Shown here: piece after piece, positions 60,780-64,000 of the stretch | Layout of the letters: every line of letters begins with the position of its first letter | How positions within the stretch are numbered: the first letter of the stretch is position 1 | NCBI RefSeq assembly: GCF_964213995.1 | Contig: NC_135819.1 | Coordinates: 1,426,001-1,490,000 of the forward strand | From: Mustelus asterias | Taxonomy: Eukaryota | DNA: 64,000 nucleotides | Direction of reading: 5' to 3' | Made by a program: the position numbers and the translations under genes | Notes under the pieces: model-generated | The model's database searches: none | What the model was told of the DNA's origin: nothing | The model's input: the letters and a program-made list of their open reading frames with translations, nothing else

Positions 60780-63083
60780 GTGGCGTCGATCATCCTGGAC
60801 CAGGCCAAGCCTCATAGACTTGACAAATCTATGATGGACATTAAGGTAAATGACCACTTGATTTATTGTCTGTTTGACAGCGGGAGCACTGAGAGCTTTA
60901 TCCATCCAGACGCTGTGAAGCGGTGTGGACTCCGGATTCAACCTGTCAAACAGACAATTTCTATGGCATCGAGGTCCCGGTCTGTCACCGTGCGAGTGAG
61001 TTGCGTGGTAACTTTAATGGTGCAAGGCACAGTTTACGAGCGTTTCAAGCTCCTAGTGTTGCTGCACCTTTGCGCGCCAATACTTCTCGGACTAAACTTC
61101 ATGGTCCACTTGAGGAGTGTAACCCTACAGTACGGTGGGCCACTCCCTTCGCTTTCAGTGGGAGAACAGCAGCCTCCAAATTGCCCAACGCGCCCCGCCC
61201 GTAGCCTCTCGACGCTGAAGATCACCACACCCTCCCTGTTCCAGAATCTTGTGCCAGGCTGCAAGCCCATTGCGACTAAGAGTAGGCGTTACAGCGCTGA
61301 GGATCGGATCTTCATTCGATCTGAAGTTCAGCGGCTCCTCAAGGAAAGGATCATACAACCTAGCGCTAGTCCGTGGAGAGCGCAGGTCGTGGTGGTCAAG
61401 AGCGGGAACAAACCCCGGATGGTCATTGACTATAGTCAGACCATTAATCGTTACACGCAGCTGGATGCGTATCCCCTCCCGCGCATATCTGACATGGTCA
61501 ATCAGATTGCGCAGTACCGGGTGTTCTCCACCATAGACCTCAAGTCTGCCTACCACCAACTCCCCATTCGCCCAGAGGACCGACAGTACACGGCTTTTGA
61601 GGCGGATAGTCGCTTGTATCACTTTCTCAGGGTTCCCTTTGGTGTCACCAATGGGGTCTCGGTCTTCCAGCGTGCTATGGACCGAATGGTGGACCAGAAC
61701 GGGCTGCGGGCTACCTTCCCGTACCTGGATAATGTCACCATCTGCGGCCATGACCAGCAGGACCACGACACGAATCTCCTGAATTTCCTACGCACTGCAT
61801 CTCACCTGAACCTGACCTACAACAGGGAGAAGTGTGTGTTTCGTACGCGCCGTTTAGCCATCCTAGGATACGTGGTGGAAAACGGGGTCATTGGCCCTGA
61901 TCCAGACCGTATGCACCCCCTTTCTGAACTTCCCCTGCCCACTAGTGCAAACTAACAACGGATGAATGAACACCGCTCGACAATCACCAGGCAAGACTGT
62001 TCTCTTCCTGTTGGGGAGCACTTCAGCGGTCACGGGCATTCGGCCTCTGATATTCGGGTAAGCATTCTCCAAGGCGGCCTTCGCGACACACGACAGCGCA
62101 GAGTCGCGGAGCAGAAACTGATAGCCAGGTTCCGCACACACAAGGACGGCCTCAACCGGGATATTGGGTTTATGTCACACTATTTCACATAAATATTTCT
62201 GCTTTTTTCCTCCTGAGTCTTTATCATGCGATCCTAGAATCAGAATTTATGTCACACTATTTGTAACTCCCACAGTTGCGTGGACCTGCAGAGTTTCACT
62301 GGCTGTCTTGTCTGGAGACAATACACATCTTTTAGCCTGTCTTGATGCTCTCTCCACTCCCATTGTTTTGTTTCTTAAAGACTGGATTAGTTGTAAGTAT
62401 TCGCATTCCAACCATTATTCATGTAAATTGAGTCTGTGTCTTATAAGTTCTGTTTGTGAACAGAATTCCCACTCACCTGAAGAAGGGGCTCAGAGCCTCG
62501 AAAGCTTGTGTGGCTTTTGCTACCAAATAAACCTGTTGGACTTTAACCTGGTGTTGTTAAACTTCTTACTAGTGCAAAAGCACTGAGAAGATGCTTAGGC
62601 TTCTTCTCTTATTATGCGCAGTGGGTTCCCAATTACGCGGACAAAGCCCGTCCGCTCATTAAGTCCACTACTTTTCCCCTAACGCCGGAGGCCCGATTGG
62701 CCTTTGATAAATTGAAAGCCGACATCGCGAAAGCTACGATGCACGCGGTTGATGAGTCCATCCCCTTTCAGGTGGAGAGCGATGCATCTGATTTCGCCCT
62801 GGCCGCCACACTTAACCAGGCGGGCAGGTCCGTCGCATTTTTTTCCCGCACCCTCCAAGGCCCCGAAATTCAGCATTCAGCAGTGGAAAAGGAGGACCAG
62901 GCCATTGTGGAGGCCGTCAGGCACTGGCGCCATTACTTGGTGGGAAAACGGTTCACCCTGATCACGGACCAGCGGTCCGTGGCGTTCATGTTTAATAACA
63001 CACAGAGGGGCAAGATCAAGAATGACAAGATCTTGCGGTGGAGAATTGAACTCTCCACCTATAACTATGACATCATGTATCGT
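60780..63083 (+). pseudogene. pol: Gypsy pol (PR-RT-RH) interrupted by a Penelope fragment
   Basis: ORF 60780-61955 resumes in RT/RNase H sequence after 62578. Confidence 0.9.
61952..62567 (+). mobile_element. Penelope 3' fragment with a hammerhead motif (62474-62510)
   Basis: [28 protein letters not shown]. Confidence 0.92.
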
Positions 63084-64000
63084 GGATATGGAATGGATTA
63101 ACAGACCCTCCAATTAAATCCTAATTTGGTGTCAATTATTCAATCGAAGTCACTGATATATAAAGGAGTTACAGTGGCACTGGGTGTTGGTGGAAAATTA
63201 TATCTGGAGTTGGATTAAAGAAATAAAGGTCGTTTATGAAGGAGCTGAACTCATGTCTCCATTTCTGAACTACAACCGAGAAGCTCAAACAGTGGTAGCA
63301 GAGGATGGTTACTGGTTCCAAGTAAAGGGCTGCAAGTTATGACTTCTTCAAAAAATAGGGCAAGACTTCACTCAAATTCTAATCAACAAAGGAGTGAGTA
63401 GGAGACAACAAAATGGCTGAACCGAGAGTAAAGGTGTCAGGATATGACTAGCCACCATTATTCTCAGACAGTCAACATTATGACCAATAGAAAAGTGAAG
63501 TCACCATATGGACTAAGGTAACTGGTTTGGGGAAGAGAAAACAAGGAATGGTTTTGGCTCTTTCTTTTCCAGAGAGAAGTCAAATTGGACGCAAAGTATT
63601 TTCCAAATTAGAGTTGGAACATTTGGACTCGGAGGAAGGTCTGGACACCTTATTAACCTTTATGGATAAGATCCATCAGAAAGATGGCTTCCTGAGTGTG
63701 TATGAAGCGTGGTTAGATTTTGGAAATCAGAGGAGATTTTTATAGAGGAACATGTGGTGGAATTTAGCAGACGATATAAAAGGCTGCAAAAACATGCCTG
63801 GAAATTCCACAGTCCGTGTTGGCATTTAAGTTACTGGACTGTGTGAAAATTATAAGTATGGATAGGCTCCTGGTTTTGACAGGAGTTAAGTTTGTAGACA
63901 AACACATCTTATATGATCAAATGTCAGAGGCCTTAAAACATTTTTTTTTAGGGAAACATTCTATCCCTGTGGCTTTTATGACACAAATGGGTCAGTCAGT
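63084..64000 (+). mobile_element. GalEa-like Ty1/Copia element 5' end (partial LTR, iMet primer-binding site, degenerate gag)
   Basis: LTR ends in CA at 63291. PBS TGGTAGCAGAGGATGGTT (63293-63310). gag from ATG 63413: PPLFS..Y..KSEV.IW....KQGMVLALSFPE..KVFS....GLDTLL.FMD. Confidence 0.75.

Larger units (their letters stand above)
59388..63083 (+). mobile_element. Mag-lineage-like Gypsy LTR retrotransposon, 3'-truncated (5' LTR 59388-59715, gag, PR, RT, RNase H)
   Basis: TG..CA LTR. gag from 59759 with two zinc knuckles. LFDSGS, YLDN, VESDASD..E..LITDQ. Integrase and 3' LTR are missing. Confidence 0.92.

Overview
Vertebrate genomic DNA, very likely a shark: it carries HE1/V-SINE-type tRNA SINEs, CR1, Rex/Babar and Penelope repeats. 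About 80% is retroelement by eye. One host gene spans roughly 1-49.6 kb on the minus strand. Reading splice sites by hand gives a phase-consistent exon chain: two leader exons (48350-48380, 35845-35889), three TIM/HAVCR-type IgV exons (31496-31834, 14704-15039, 13621-13956), then five exons resembling the stalk and GAIN region of ADGRE/EMR1-type adhesion GPCRs (12335-12396, 7087-7179, 4106-4283, 2193-2312, 1-46), continuing off the left edge. I found no EGF exon and no TIM mucin or transmembrane exon. The best reading is an ADGRE-like receptor whose EGF repeats were replaced by a tandemly triplicated, rapidly diversifying TIM IgV module. Other content: a roughly 14.6-kb, six-level nested retroelement cluster containing a full-length PNMA-gag Gypsy provirus; palindromic Penelope insertions with minimal hammerhead ribozyme motifs; a U2-snRNA-headed SINE-like element; a Mag-type Gypsy with a possible self-priming site; the 5' end of a GalEa-type Copia; Harbinger-derived elements; and G-rich minisatellites. 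Repeat boundaries are by eye and approximate unless a target-site duplication (TSD) is quoted. No database search was run, so all novelty claims are provisional.
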